Below, in pieces: positions 9,229 to 18,040 of a stretch of DNA of 64,000 nt. The translations under genes and the position numbers were made by a program. The stretch comes from Pyrinomonadales bacterium. Lineage in GTDB: Bacteria; Acidobacteriota; Blastocatellia; Pyrinomonadales; Pyrinomonadaceae. Positions within the stretch are counted from its first letter, which is position 1, and the number at the start of each line of letters is the position of its first letter. The stretch spans positions 9,954-73,953 of the forward strand of contig JBBPXZ010000006.1 in assembly GCA_038200355.1 (NCBI GenBank), given 5' to 3'. The notes under the pieces were generated by a model. The model saw only the letters and a program-made list of their open reading frames with translations, ran no database searches and had not been told where the DNA came from.

Positions 9229-10236
9229 ATGGCGCAGACGGAAATTAATAAAAAAGTAGTTATTTTGGGTTCGGGTCCGGCAGGTTTAACGGCGGCGATT
9301 TACGCGTCCCGTGCGCAGCTCGCTCCCATAGTTATCGACGGACCGCAGCCGGGCGGACAGTTGACGATTACGACCGACGTTGAAAATTATCCCGGCTTTG
9401 CCGAAGGAATTATGGGACCGGAGTTGATGAATCAATTCCGGGCGCAGGCGACCAGATTCGGCACGGAAATCTTGAACATCTGGATTGATAAAGTCGATTT
9501 ATCGAGCAGACCGTTCACGCTTTACGGCAAGGAAAGCGCCGACGCCGACGAGATTACAACCTTAATAAAAGCCGAAACTTTAATTATCTCGACCGGCGCG
9601 TCCGCCAAATGGCTCGGCGTTCCGGGCGAAGAACCCGCGCCCGTCGGTTTGGGCGGCAACGGCGTTTCGGCGTGCGCGACGTGCGACGGATTTTTCTTTC
9701 GCGGAAAGCCGGTCGTTATTGTCGGCGGCGGCGACACGGCGATGGAAGAAGCGATGTTTTTGACGCGTTTCGCTTCAAAAGTAACCTTAATGCATCGCCG
9801 CGATTCGTTTCGCGCTTCAAAGATTATGCAGGAGCGCGTTTTCGCCAGCGACAAAATCGACATTATGTGGAATACCGGAATCCGCGAAATTGTCGGCACG
9901 AAGGAAGCGGGCGTTACGGGCGTGAAAATCTTCGATACGCAGTCGAATGAAGAAAGCGATTTCCCGACCGAAGGAGTTTTTATCGCCATCGGACACAAAC
10001 CGAACACCGACCTTTTCAAAAAGGTTCTCGATATGGACGAAACCGGCTACCTGATAACTGAAGGACGCACGATGAAAACCAACATTCCCGGTGTTTTCGC
10101 GTGCGGCGACGCGCAGGATTCGTATTATCGACAAGCGATTACGGCAGCGGGTTCGGGTTGTATGGCGGCAATCGACGCCGAGAGATTTCTGGTCGAACAC
10201 GGCGAAGCCGAAAAAGTTACGCAGACAAACTGGTAG
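9229..10236 (+). CDS. trxB: thioredoxin-disulfide reductase
   Basis: It has the GSGPAG FAD motif, the redox-active CATC (SACATCDG) and the GGGDTAMEEA NADPH motif. Confidence 0.95.
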   Translation: MAQTEINKKVVILGSGPAGLTAAIYASRAQLAPIVIDGPQPGGQLTITTDVENYPGFAEGIMGPELMNQFRAQATRFGTEILNIWIDKVDLSSRPFTLYGKESADADEITTLIKAETLIISTGASAKWLGVPGEEPAPVGLGGNGVSACATCDGFFFRGKPVVIVGGGDTAMEEAMFLTRFASKVTLMHRRDSFRASKIMQERVFASDKIDIMWNTGIREIVGTKEAGVTGVKIFDTQSNEESDFPTEGVFIAIGHKPNTDLFKKVLDMDETGYLITEGRTMKTNIPGVFACGDAQDSYYRQAITAAGSGCMAAIDAERFLVEHGEAEKVTQTNW

Positions 10237-10263
10237 AAAATCAAAATCGATTTTACGAAGAAT

Positions 10264-10308
10264 CGCCGGTTAAACTTTGAAGAAAGTTTAACCGGCGATT
10301 CTTTTTTG
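10264..10308 (+). terminator. intrinsic terminator of trxB
   Basis: CGCCGGTTAAACTTT-gaaga-AAGTTTAACCGGCG is followed by ATTCTTTTTTG. Confidence 0.85.
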
Positions 10309-10311
10309 ATT

Positions 10312-10377
10312 TCAAGAGATTTTTATCTCTTGATTTCCACAATCTTTAAAAGTTTTCCACAGGTGGAAATCTCTTGA
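10312..10377. repeat. nested or alternative inverted repeats in the trxB/ttcA convergent spacer
   Basis: TCAAGAGAT (10312) can pair with ATCTCTTGA at 10325 or at 10369. A 16-nt palindrome TTTCCACAGGTGGAAA lies at 10354-10369. Confidence 0.6.
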
Positions 10378-10429
10378 AATTTCTAACGCGTTAAGAATTG
10401 ATTGAAAAATAAAAATCAAAAAAACTGCT

Positions 10430-11329
10430 TTAAAGCGACAAAATCGATTCTTTAGATTCTCCCGACACAAGCGCACCGGTTAAACTTTCTTCCGAATGGT
10501 CGAAAACGGCGTCGAGTTCGTGTTCGACGTTGCCGTGCAGCGGGCGCGCCTGTTTAAGCAGCGGCGCGAAATTTTTAAAGTCATAAAGGTCTGCGTCGAG
10601 CAGATGCGAGCCGGTTACGTTCGTCAAAGCCGTCATCATCGACGAGCGGATGTGCGGAATTTCTTTTTCCAATTCGGCGACGAGGCGTTTTATTCGGGCG
10701 CGTTTCAAATTCGGCTGCGAGCCGCAGAGATTGCAGGGAATTATCGGAAATTGTTTTTCCGCCGTGAATTTTAAGATGTCTTTTTCGCGGCAGTAAGCGA
10801 GCGGGCGAATGACGGTATTTTTTCCGTCGTCCGAACGAAGCGCGGGCGGCATCGCTTTTAATTGTCCGACGTAGAAAAGATTAAGCAGAAACGTGGCGAT
10901 AATGTCGTCGGCGTGATGACCGAGCGCAATCTTCGTGCAGCCTTCTTCGATTGCCGTCGTGTATAAAATTCCGCGCCGCAGCCGCGAGCAAACCGAGCAG
11001 AAAGTTTTGCCTTCCGGCACAAGGCGCGTAACGACCGAATAAGTATCTTCTTCGACAATTCGATAATCGACGCCGACGCTTTCCAGATATTCGGGCAAAA
11101 CGTGTTCAGGAAAATCGGGCTGTTTCTGGTCGAGATTAACGGCGAGAATTTCAAAATTAACGGGCGCGCGGCGTCGCACGTCGAGCAGTAATTCAAGCAT
11201 CGTGTAGCTGTCTTTTCCGCCCGAAAGACACACCATTACTTTATCGCCGTCCTCAACCATCGAGAAATCGCGAATCGCTTCGCCCATTTTTTTGAGCAGT
11301 TTCGTTTTCGTTTTACTTTCTACAAACAC
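10430..11329 (-). CDS. ttcA: tRNA 2-thiocytidine(32) synthetase TtcA
   Basis: It has the PP-loop CLSGGKDS and the Cys motifs [10 protein letters not shown] and CNLCGS. The start is ambiguous: GTG 11329 has GAGG 8 nt upstream, and the alternatives are GTG 11338 and TTG 11395. Confidence 0.85.
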   Translation of the reverse strand: MFVESKTKTKLLKKMGEAIRDFSMVEDGDKVMVCLSGGKDSYTMLELLLDVRRRAPVNFEILAVNLDQKQPDFPEHVLPEYLESVGVDYRIVEEDTYSVVTRLVPEGKTFCSVCSRLRRGILYTTAIEEGCTKIALGHHADDIIATFLLNLFYVGQLKAMPPALRSDDGKNTVIRPLAYCREKDILKFTAEKQFPIIPCNLCGSQPNLKRARIKRLVAELEKEIPHIRSSMMTALTNVTGSHLLDADLYDFKNFAPLLKQARPLHGNVEHELDAVFDHSEESLTGALVSGESKESILSL

Positions 11330-11478
11330 GTTTTTCACCTCGCTTCCGAACTTAAAATTTTGACACGCCGACGCCGAATTGACAAACAGAAGCAAAAATC
11401 ACTGGACACGGTTCGGAAAAGTCTTTTATCATTAGGTTTTCAAATTCAAATTAACTTTTCAGCTTTTATAATAAAATT

Positions 11479-12105
11479 ATGATTAGAATGGGCAGAAGTT
11501 CGAGAGCCGAACAGCCGACCGAGCCGACTAATGTGCAGACGCCGAACACGCTTTATCCGGCGGCGACAACCGCAAATCAAGCGTCAACGCGCGCCACGTC
11601 CGAGAGCGAATCGATGGCGCGCGACATTAAAGAAGGACGCTTGAGCGGTTTTGTCGGTTACGGCACGACGCTGACCGGCGAGACGAGTTTTCAGGCGATG
11701 CTTCGCGTTGACGGGCATTTGACGGGGCGCGTCGTCTCCGAAAGCGGCACGCTGATTGTCGGTTCGAGCGGGCGCGTCGATGCCAACGTGCTGGTTTCGG
11801 CGGCGGTTATCAACGGCATCGTCAACGGCGATATTGTTGCAACCGAACGTCTGGAACTCGGACGAACCGCGCACGTCGTCGGCAATATTCAGGCGCCGCG
11901 TCTCGTAATGGAAGACGGCGCGCTGCTCGAAGGAAGCTGCAATATGATAAAAGCGCGTGAAAATTTAGAAAAAATGCGCGCCGAAGCAAACGCGCCTGTC
12001 GTTGCCGCAAGCGTTGAATCTTCAACTTATGAAACAGACGACACGAGCGAAGCAATGGGCTACGGCGGACAGGACGAAGAAACTTTTGAAGTGTCGGCAC
12101 GTTAG
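11479..12105 (+). CDS. bactofilin (DUF583 polymer-forming cytoskeletal protein)
   Basis: The central beta-helical repeats (GRVVSESGTLIVGSSGRVDANV...GDIVATERLELGRTAHVVGNIQAPRLVMEDGALLEG) are flanked by disordered termini. Confidence 0.85.
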   Translation: MIRMGRSSRAEQPTEPTNVQTPNTLYPAATTANQASTRATSESESMARDIKEGRLSGFVGYGTTLTGETSFQAMLRVDGHLTGRVVSESGTLIVGSSGRVDANVLVSAAVINGIVNGDIVATERLELGRTAHVVGNIQAPRLVMEDGALLEGSCNMIKARENLEKMRAEANAPVVAASVESSTYETDDTSEAMGYGGQDEETFEVSAR

Positions 12106-12259
12106 TTCGGCTGAACAATTGAAAAACGGCTGAGCAGCTTAAAATGAAAAGATTCATCCTTGCTGTTTGCCGTTTTTATTTTTGCGTCGGCATTTGGAGC
12201 AGTTTCGATTTCGTATATTTTTTCGGCTGGCTTGGTTTGACATTTATTCCGTTTAATCG

Positions 12260-12931
12260 ATGCTCGAGAATGATTTTTCCTTTATTAACGACGAATTCCA
12301 CGCTTCCCGCGTTTCGCCGCGCCAGTTGGATTTGCTGCTCGAAAACGGCTGGCGACATTTCGGCGCGTATTTTTTTCGCTACAATCTCGGCTTTTATGAA
12401 AACGAAATTCGCCTCGTTCAGCCGCTTCGCGTCCGGCTTTCGGAGTTCAGCGTTTCAAAAAGTCAGCGTCGAATTTTGAAACGAAATAATGACCTGCAAA
12501 TCGTCGCGCGCCCGATTAAAATCACTGCGGAAACAGAAGTTTTATTTCAACGGCATAAACAGCGATTCAAAAACAGCGCGCCCGATTCGATTTACGATTT
12601 TCTCGATGAAAACGCGGCAGACACGCCTTGCGAAGCGCTGGAAATCTGTGTCTACGACGGTAAAAAACTACTTGCCGCGAGTTTTTTCGATGTCGCCGAC
12701 GCGTCGGTTTCCGGCATCTACGCGATTTTCGCGCCTGAAGAAGCAGCCAGAAGTCTCGGCATTTTTACGATGCTGCTTGAAATCGATTTTGCCGTAAAGT
12801 CGGGCAGGAATTTTTATTATTCCGGTTACGCTTACGCCGGGAAATCTTTTTACGATTACAAAAAAAGATTTCGGGCGCTGGAGCGATTCGACTGGCAGCA
12901 AAATTGGGAAAACTTCAAAGACGACGAATGA
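12260..12931 (+). CDS. bpt: arginyl/leucyl-tRNA--protein transferase (Ate/Bpt family)
   Basis: It shows the ATE_N/ATE_C pattern: LLENGWRHFG, SKSQRRILKRN, YYSGYAYAGKSFYDYKKRF. Confidence 0.8.
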   Translation: MLENDFSFINDEFHASRVSPRQLDLLLENGWRHFGAYFFRYNLGFYENEIRLVQPLRVRLSEFSVSKSQRRILKRNNDLQIVARPIKITAETEVLFQRHKQRFKNSAPDSIYDFLDENAADTPCEALEICVYDGKKLLAASFFDVADASVSGIYAIFAPEEAARSLGIFTMLLEIDFAVKSGRNFYYSGYAYAGKSFYDYKKRFRALERFDWQQNWENFKDDE

Positions 12932-13005
12932 GACGACAGAATTTTCCGGTTTGTGTATATTTAAATTTGCGCGGTAAAAATCAAAAAAAGGAGAAATTTA
13001 TAACT

Positions 13006-13197
13006 ATGAGCGAAGTTAATCAGCGAGACGACGAAAAAGATACGGAAAATAAACGGGACGACGCGGCGAAAAACGAAACGAAAAACAACACGCCGACGAT
13101 GAGCGGCGACCCGGGAAGAACGCCGGGCAGCGCCGAAGGCGACGAGGAAACCGTTGACGAAGACATTCGCCAAAAGGAAGCCGAAGGCAAACTTTAA
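13006..13197 (+). CDS. small hydrophilic acidic protein of unknown function (63 aa)
   Basis: ATG has an AAAGGAGAAA RBS 8-9 nt upstream and a terminator hairpin downstream. The composition is low-complexity D/E/K-rich. Confidence 0.5.
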   Translation: MSEVNQRDDEKDTENKRDDAAKNETKNNTPTMSGDPGRTPGSAEGDEETVDEDIRQKEAEGKL

Positions 13198-13264
13198 TTC
13201 AAATTAAAATTTTTCGGGTTGGAATATCGATTCAGATTTTCAATGTTCCAGCCTGAAAATCCGG

Positions 13265-13306
13265 CGAGCCGGTTCGGTTATTTTATAATCGAACCGGCTC
13301 GTTTAT
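13265..13306 (+). terminator. intrinsic-terminator-like hairpin
   Basis: CGAGCCGGTTCG-13 nt-CGAACCGGCTCG is followed by TTTAT. Confidence 0.6.
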
Positions 13307-13345
13307 CAGTTCGGGCAATCGCACAAAACAGGTTTTATCTTTTAT

Positions 13346-13447
13346 AGGACTTTCTCATTTTTGCAGAAGCCCGCACGATAGTTCGGCGCAACAGTGAAGC
13401 AACACACTTACTGACGTGCGTGTTTCCGCATTTTGAGAAAGTCCTGA
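13346..13447 (+). mobile_element. MITE-like / structured ~102-nt element, copy 1 (overlaps the 3' end of the histidine phosphatase gene)
   Basis: It has 12-bp terminal inverted repeats AGGACTTTCTCA / TGAGAAAGTCCT and inner stems TGCAGAAG/TTTCCGCA and CGCACG/CGTGCG. Outside a 16-17-nt core it is near-identical to 18041-18143. Confidence 0.75.
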
Positions 13448-13975
13448 CGTAATAACTTTTTCGTTAACCTTAGACGGCTTCCTTTTATATCTTCTGATTT
13501 CAACAACCCAGATTTTATCGTATTCGTTTTCGCCCAAGTCTTTATATTTATCGGTTTTCGTCAAAAGATTCGCCAATTCCGGCGTCGTGTTATTGTGTCC
13601 GACGACAACGATTGTCCGCGCGTTCGATTTCAACAATTCACCCGCAAATTCTTCGAGATTATCGAAATCGTAAGTCCGAATCGGAATCCGGTAACGCGCA
13701 TCGACGGTTTCAGCCAGCGGCAAAACGGTTGCTCTCGTCCGTTTATAATATGTCGAATAAATCAAATCCGGCTTGTATCTCCCGACGGTTTCAATCAACT
13801 TTTCCGCCCGCGCCTTTCCCGCTGCCGATAATTCGGGATTAGATTTATTTCTATCGGTCAAATCCTTTTCCGCATGGCGCAGTAAGATAATCGTCAATTT
13901 TCGGCTTTGAGCAAAAACGCCGCTGCCGGAGCCGATAAAACATAACCCGAATAAAAGAAAAAAGAGAATTTTCAT
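13355..13975 (-). CDS. exported histidine phosphatase superfamily (branch 1, SixA/PGAM-like) protein; last ~31 codons read from the inserted element
   Basis: It has a signal peptide (MKILFFLLFGLCFIGSGSGVFAQ), the RHG motif LLRHAEKD and VVGHNNT. The C-terminal ..ITSGLSQNAETRTSVSVLLHCCAELSCGLLQK is encoded by 13447-13355. Confidence 0.8.
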   Translation of the reverse strand: MKILFFLLFGLCFIGSGSGVFAQSRKLTIILLRHAEKDLTDRNKSNPELSAAGKARAEKLIETVGRYKPDLIYSTYYKRTRATVLPLAETVDARYRIPIRTYDFDNLEEFAGELLKSNARTIVVVGHNNTTPELANLLTKTDKYKDLGENEYDKIWVVEIRRYKRKPSKVNEKVITSGLSQNAETRTSVSVLLHCCAELSCGLLQK

Positions 13976-14178
13976 AGCCTCAAATCAAGCCGCGTTTAAT
14001 TTATTTCTCTTTCTTCATCGGACACATCAAGCGTGATGACGACGTGTGCGACGGAGTTTTCGTAATCCGCGAATTCTTTCGGCAAATTTATTACGCCGTG
14101 TTCGATTTTTGTCGTAAATTCTACTGAATTCATATTTTCAAAATAACTCAAAAGATGCTTTTGTTCAATGATTTTAGA

Positions 14179-15603
14179 TTAAACGAACATTTTGCCCGGA
14201 TTCAAAATGCCGTTCGGGTCGAAAACGCGTTTGATTGCTTTCATCACTTCGAGTGTCGGTTTATCAATCGCCATATCCAAATACTGCGCTTTGACGTAGC
14301 CGATGCCGTGTTCGCCGGAAATCGAACCGCCGAGAGCAATGGAAAGCGCGAAGGTTTCTTTGACGCATTGCCGGGCGCGCGCGATTGATTCGGGATTATC
14401 TTTGTCGCACATAAAATTGACGTGGATGTTGCCGTCGCCGGCGTGTCCGAAATTGGCGACGAAAGTATTATGTCTGCGTCCGATGTCTTCGATTTTTGAA
14501 ATCAGTTCGGGAACTCGTGAGCGCGGAACGACGACATCTTCGTTTAATTTGAGAGTGCCGTATTTCATTAAACTCGGAGAAATGGCGCGGCGCACGTCCC
14601 AGAGTTTGTCTTCTTCTTCCTTGGATTTTGAGCGCAAAGTGTCGAAACCGCCGTTGTCTTTCAATATTCGTTCAATCGTTTGCGCGTTACGCTCGACTTC
14701 TTCCCGAAAGCCGTCAACCGCGACGATTAAAATCGCGTTTGCGTCCGTCGATAAACCGAACGCGAAGTTTTCTTCAATCGCGCCGATGCAGTTTCTATCG
14801 ACGACTTCCATCGCCATCGGCAGCAAGCCTTCGGGCGTGAATTTGGTGAGAACTTTGCAGGCTTCTTCCATCGTTTTAAAGCTCGCGCGCACGGTCGCGG
14901 TCGCTTCGGGCATCGGCAAAAGTTTTAAAGTCGCTTCGGTGATAATTCCCAAAAGACCTTCCGAGCCGCACATCAAGCCGGTCAAATCGAAACCGACGAC
15001 GTTTTTAACCGTTTTGCCGCCGGTTCTGATAACTTCGCCCGTCGCCGTTACGACTTCCAAGCCCAGAACCGAATGTTTCGTTACGCCGTATTTCGGTGTG
15101 CGCATTCCGCCCGCATTCTCGGCGATGTTGCCGCCGATAAACGAATCTTTATAGCTCGCCGGGTCGGGCGGAAATAATAATCCGTGTTTTTCGACCGCTT
15201 GCTGCAATGCGAAAGTTGTCAATCCGGGTTGGCAGATAACATATAAATCATCGGGATTTATCTCGATAATGCGATTCATTCTGTCCGTTCCGACGACGAT
15301 GCCGCCGTCAACCGGCACAGCGCCGCCCGTGTAGCCGACGCCGCCGCCGCGAGCGGTTACGGGAAATTTGTATTCGTTGGCGAGCTTTAGAATCTGCGCC
15401 ATTTGTTCGGTCGTTTCGGGAAAGACGACGGCTTCGGGCGGAAACTTTTCCTTAACCGCGTCCGCGCCGTATGGCTCGACCTTTTCCGGCTCGACCAAAA
15501 CATTCGCCGCGCCGATGATTTGCCGCAGCTTTTCGACAACTTCAGGTTTTGAAGCGTTTGTTGCGCGGCGCGGTTCAGCATTGAAATGGATTGATTGATA
15601 CAT
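14179..15603 (-). CDS. glcD: FAD-linked oxidase (glycolate oxidase subunit GlcD-like)
   Basis: It has an FAD-binding PCMH domain plus a C-terminal FAD-oxidase domain (..SGEHGIGYVKAQYL..). I moved the start to ATG 15603 because the longer ORF runs into tRNA-Thr. Confidence 0.88.
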   Translation of the reverse strand: MYQSIHFNAEPRRATNASKPEVVEKLRQIIGAANVLVEPEKVEPYGADAVKEKFPPEAVVFPETTEQMAQILKLANEYKFPVTARGGGVGYTGGAVPVDGGIVVGTDRMNRIIEINPDDLYVICQPGLTTFALQQAVEKHGLLFPPDPASYKDSFIGGNIAENAGGMRTPKYGVTKHSVLGLEVVTATGEVIRTGGKTVKNVVGFDLTGLMCGSEGLLGIITEATLKLLPMPEATATVRASFKTMEEACKVLTKFTPEGLLPMAMEVVDRNCIGAIEENFAFGLSTDANAILIVAVDGFREEVERNAQTIERILKDNGGFDTLRSKSKEEEDKLWDVRRAISPSLMKYGTLKLNEDVVVPRSRVPELISKIEDIGRRHNTFVANFGHAGDGNIHVNFMCDKDNPESIARARQCVKETFALSIALGGSISGEHGIGYVKAQYLDMAIDKPTLEVMKAIKRVFDPNGILNPGKMFV

Positions 15604-15708
15604 AAATATTTTTATTCTAAACCGGCGCATCTCGAAGATAAAGTTTCCGGGCGGATAATGGACAAAAGAAAAGCGACTCGTTAAGAATCGCTTTTCTATA
15701 TAAAAAGT

Positions 15709-15784
15709 TGGAGCCGGCAAACAGACTCGAACTGATGACCTACGGTTTACAAAACCGTTGCTCTACCAACTGAGCTATGCCGGC
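15709..15784 (-). tRNA. tRNA-Thr (anticodon TGT), CCA encoded
   Basis: The reverse complement is GCCGGCATAGCTCAGTTGGTAGAGCAACGGTTTTGTAAACCGTAGGTCATCAGTTCGAGTCTGTTTGCCGGCTCCA. It forms a cloverleaf with one U.U mismatch in the T-stem. Confidence 0.88.
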
Positions 15785-16036
15785 TCGCCATTTGCGGCGG
15801 AATTTAACGCCGCAATCGAAAATACTACAAAATGATTCGGCTTTCTGCAAGTCTTCAGATAAAACAGGGAAAACTTACCGATTAAACAACAAAAATAATT
15901 GTTGACGATTGTTTAATCAAAAGGTTACGATATGAAATGCCCGAATCGAACGGGCGCGATTTTCTTTTCAATCCTCTTTCTTTTCTTCGAGAGAAAAAAC
16001 ATTTTTAATAACAATCAGGTAAATAAGGAGAACAAC

Positions 16037-17020
16037 GTGAGTTTTCAGAAGTTTTTCAAAACAGGTTTCGCGGGACTTTTTTTAGTCTCAGGTTTATTGG
16101 CGTCGGGCGGTTTCGCGCAGCGACCGACACCGAATCCGACACTTATAATTAATCGGGACAACCGGGAAGTTCCCGTCGTCAGCGGCGCTGATTTGTATTG
16201 CGCCGGATTTATTCAAAACGCTTCGATTGATACGAGTTATGAAATCGTCGGCGCATCCGATGAACGGGACAAGCAGATTTTCGCGCAGGGCGATGAGCTT
16301 TACGTCAGCGCGGGCGCTAATCGCAGCGTCAAGGTCGGCGATAGGTTTTCGGTGGTTCGCCCGCGCGGGCAGGTTGAATCGCGCTGGACGAAGAAAAGAA
16401 ACGTCGGTTTTTACGTTCAGGAAGTCGGCATCGTCGAAGTCGTAAAAGTAAAACCGGACGTTTCGGTCGTGCGCGTTAAAACGTCGTGCAGCAATCTGCT
16501 GCTCGGCGATTTGCTCCAGCCGGTTCCGCAGCGCGTCAGTCCCGTTTTTACGCAGCGACCGTCGCTCGATTTATTCGGTGAGTCGTCGGGCAAAGCGTCG
16601 GGCAGGATTTTGCTGGCGCGCGACGGCGTGGAACTAATCGGGAGCGAGCAGATTGTTTATATCGATTTGGGCGCGGAAGACAATGCCAGAGTCGGCGATT
16701 ATCTAACGGTTTTTCGTCCGCTCGGCACGGGAAATCTTTTTACCAAAGAGATAAAAGAATCGGTCAGCGCGCGTGAAAGCGGTTTTCAGGGCGAACGTTA
16801 CCGGGGCGGGAAATTTTCCAATCAAGCGCCGCGTAAGGTAGGCGAGCAGGCGACGGGCAAAATCGTTACCAGCGAGCAGGCAAAAAGCCGCCGCCCGCAG
16901 AATCTGCGCGAAGTGGTCGGTGAAATGGTTATCTTAAATGTTAAGGAAAAAACCGCGACGGCGATTATCACGCGCGCGGCGACGGAAATTCACACGGGCG
17001 ACAACGTGGAGATTCAATAA
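16037..17020 (+). CDS. exported protein of unknown function with two copies of a ~70-aa beta-barrel-like module
   Basis: A GTG start has AAGGAG 7 nt upstream, followed by a signal peptide (..GLLASGGFAQ). The pattern G(A)x..VxVGDxxxVxRP...GDxV is repeated. Confidence 0.65.
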   Translation: MSFQKFFKTGFAGLFLVSGLLASGGFAQRPTPNPTLIINRDNREVPVVSGADLYCAGFIQNASIDTSYEIVGASDERDKQIFAQGDELYVSAGANRSVKVGDRFSVVRPRGQVESRWTKKRNVGFYVQEVGIVEVVKVKPDVSVVRVKTSCSNLLLGDLLQPVPQRVSPVFTQRPSLDLFGESSGKASGRILLARDGVELIGSEQIVYIDLGAEDNARVGDYLTVFRPLGTGNLFTKEIKESVSARESGFQGERYRGGKFSNQAPRKVGEQATGKIVTSEQAKSRRPQNLREVVGEMVILNVKEKTATAIITRAATEIHTGDNVEIQ

Positions 17021-17034
17021 AATCGATTACAGGT

Positions 17035-17126
17035 CGTTTCAAAAAACTGCTTCGGTTTTCTTTGCAGCTTTGCGCCTTTGCGGGAAAATATACCGCAAAG
17101 GCGCAAAGCATTTTTGAGACAGCCTC
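17035..17126. repeat. dispersed hairpin element (TTTGCGCCTTTGCGGG core, GTCTCAAAAA/TTTTTGAGAC termini), copy A
   Basis: The core is GCTTTGCGCCTTTGCGGgaaaatataCCGCAAAGGCGCAAAGC. It shares four blocks with 48425-48562, including GCATTTTTGAGACAGCCTC. Confidence 0.8.
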
Positions 17127-17140
17127 CCGGAATCGACAGG

Positions 17141-17189
17141 GAAGCGAATCACGAATTAAAGCGCGGCTTAATCGATTCGTAATTCGCTC
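17141..17189. repeat. ACGAAT-word hairpin after pgsA
   Basis: GAAGCGAATCACGAATTAAAGCG pairs with CGGCTTAATCGATTCGTAATTCGCTC as an imperfect palindrome. Confidence 0.6.
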
Positions 17190-17190
17190 G

Positions 17191-17925
17191 TTACTTATTT
17201 GAAGCGGCTTCGGCGGTTTTCGATTCGTTAAAAGCGGCGTCCTTTACGGATTGTCGTTTTTTGTTTTCGATAAGAAAGTATTTGAAATAATCATACATCG
17301 ACCAGATTGCCGTCAGAACGGCGACCCATAGTCCGGCGCGCCCGACCAGATAGCCGAAGACTTTCCAGTCGTTTGAAGCGAGCGAAAGATTTGCGAGATT
17401 AGCGAAAGCCGTCCGCACTTCGGCGACTTCCCAGAAACGAAACGTCGGCAATTCCCATCCGAAATTCGAGACCGGCGGATTTCCGTTCGCGCCGGCGATG
17501 AGCAGCGCGACAATGGCTATGCACTGCGCCCACATTTTTACCTTACCGACCTTCTGCGCAGAAATAATAATGCCTTCGGCGGCGGCGGCGGAACGCAACC
17601 CGGTTATGATAAACTCTCTGCCGATAATAATTACGACCGTCCAGGCGGGCGCGAGATGTTTTTCGACAAGGACGATAAGCGCGGCGGAAACCAGAAGTTT
17701 ATCGGCAATCGGGTCGAGCAGGGCGCCGAATCTTGAAACCTGATTGCGGCGGCGGGCGATGTGTCCGTCCAAAATGTCGGTAAAGGAAGCGGCGAGAAAA
17801 ATAGCGATGGCGAGCGCGTAGCTGCTGACACCGAACCAGTTTTCGGCAACCGGCGTCAAAAGCACGACCACCAGAAGCGGAACGATGACGATACGCGCCA
17901 ATGTCAGATAATTCGGTAAATTCAA
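17191..17925 (-). CDS. pgsA: CDP-diacylglycerol--glycerol-3-phosphate 3-phosphatidyltransferase with an extended C-terminus
   Basis: It has the CDP-alcohol phosphatidyltransferase motif DILDGHIARRRNQVSRFGALLDPIADK and multiple TM helices. Confidence 0.88.
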   Translation of the reverse strand: MNLPNYLTLARIVIVPLLVVVLLTPVAENWFGVSSYALAIAIFLAASFTDILDGHIARRRNQVSRFGALLDPIADKLLVSAALIVLVEKHLAPAWTVVIIIGREFIITGLRSAAAAEGIIISAQKVGKVKMWAQCIAIVALLIAGANGNPPVSNFGWELPTFRFWEVAEVRTAFANLANLSLASNDWKVFGYLVGRAGLWVAVLTAIWSMYDYFKYFLIENKKRQSVKDAAFNESKTAEAASNK

Positions 17926-18040
17926 TTTTTTGCAAACCGCCTTTTATTGTTTTAAGTGTAGGTTTCACCCGTAAAACCTGTCAAGAATTGAATAGTTTTT
18001 GTCAGGCGCGCTGTTCTGTCGATTAAAATTTTATAATGTT

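Noticed and set aside
12144-12479. A 111-aa ORF overlapping the start of bpt, and the 60-76-aa ORFs at 5154-5336 and 5350-5580.
   Set aside because: These are hydrophobic or low-complexity translations of AT-rich spacers. They overlap better-supported genes, and I saw no RBS or motif.
15604-15720. An N-terminal extension of the glcD ORF (start at 15720).
   Set aside because: The extension runs into tRNA-Thr (15709-15784) and encodes non-conserved sequence. The internal ATG 15603 gives a normal-length GlcD.
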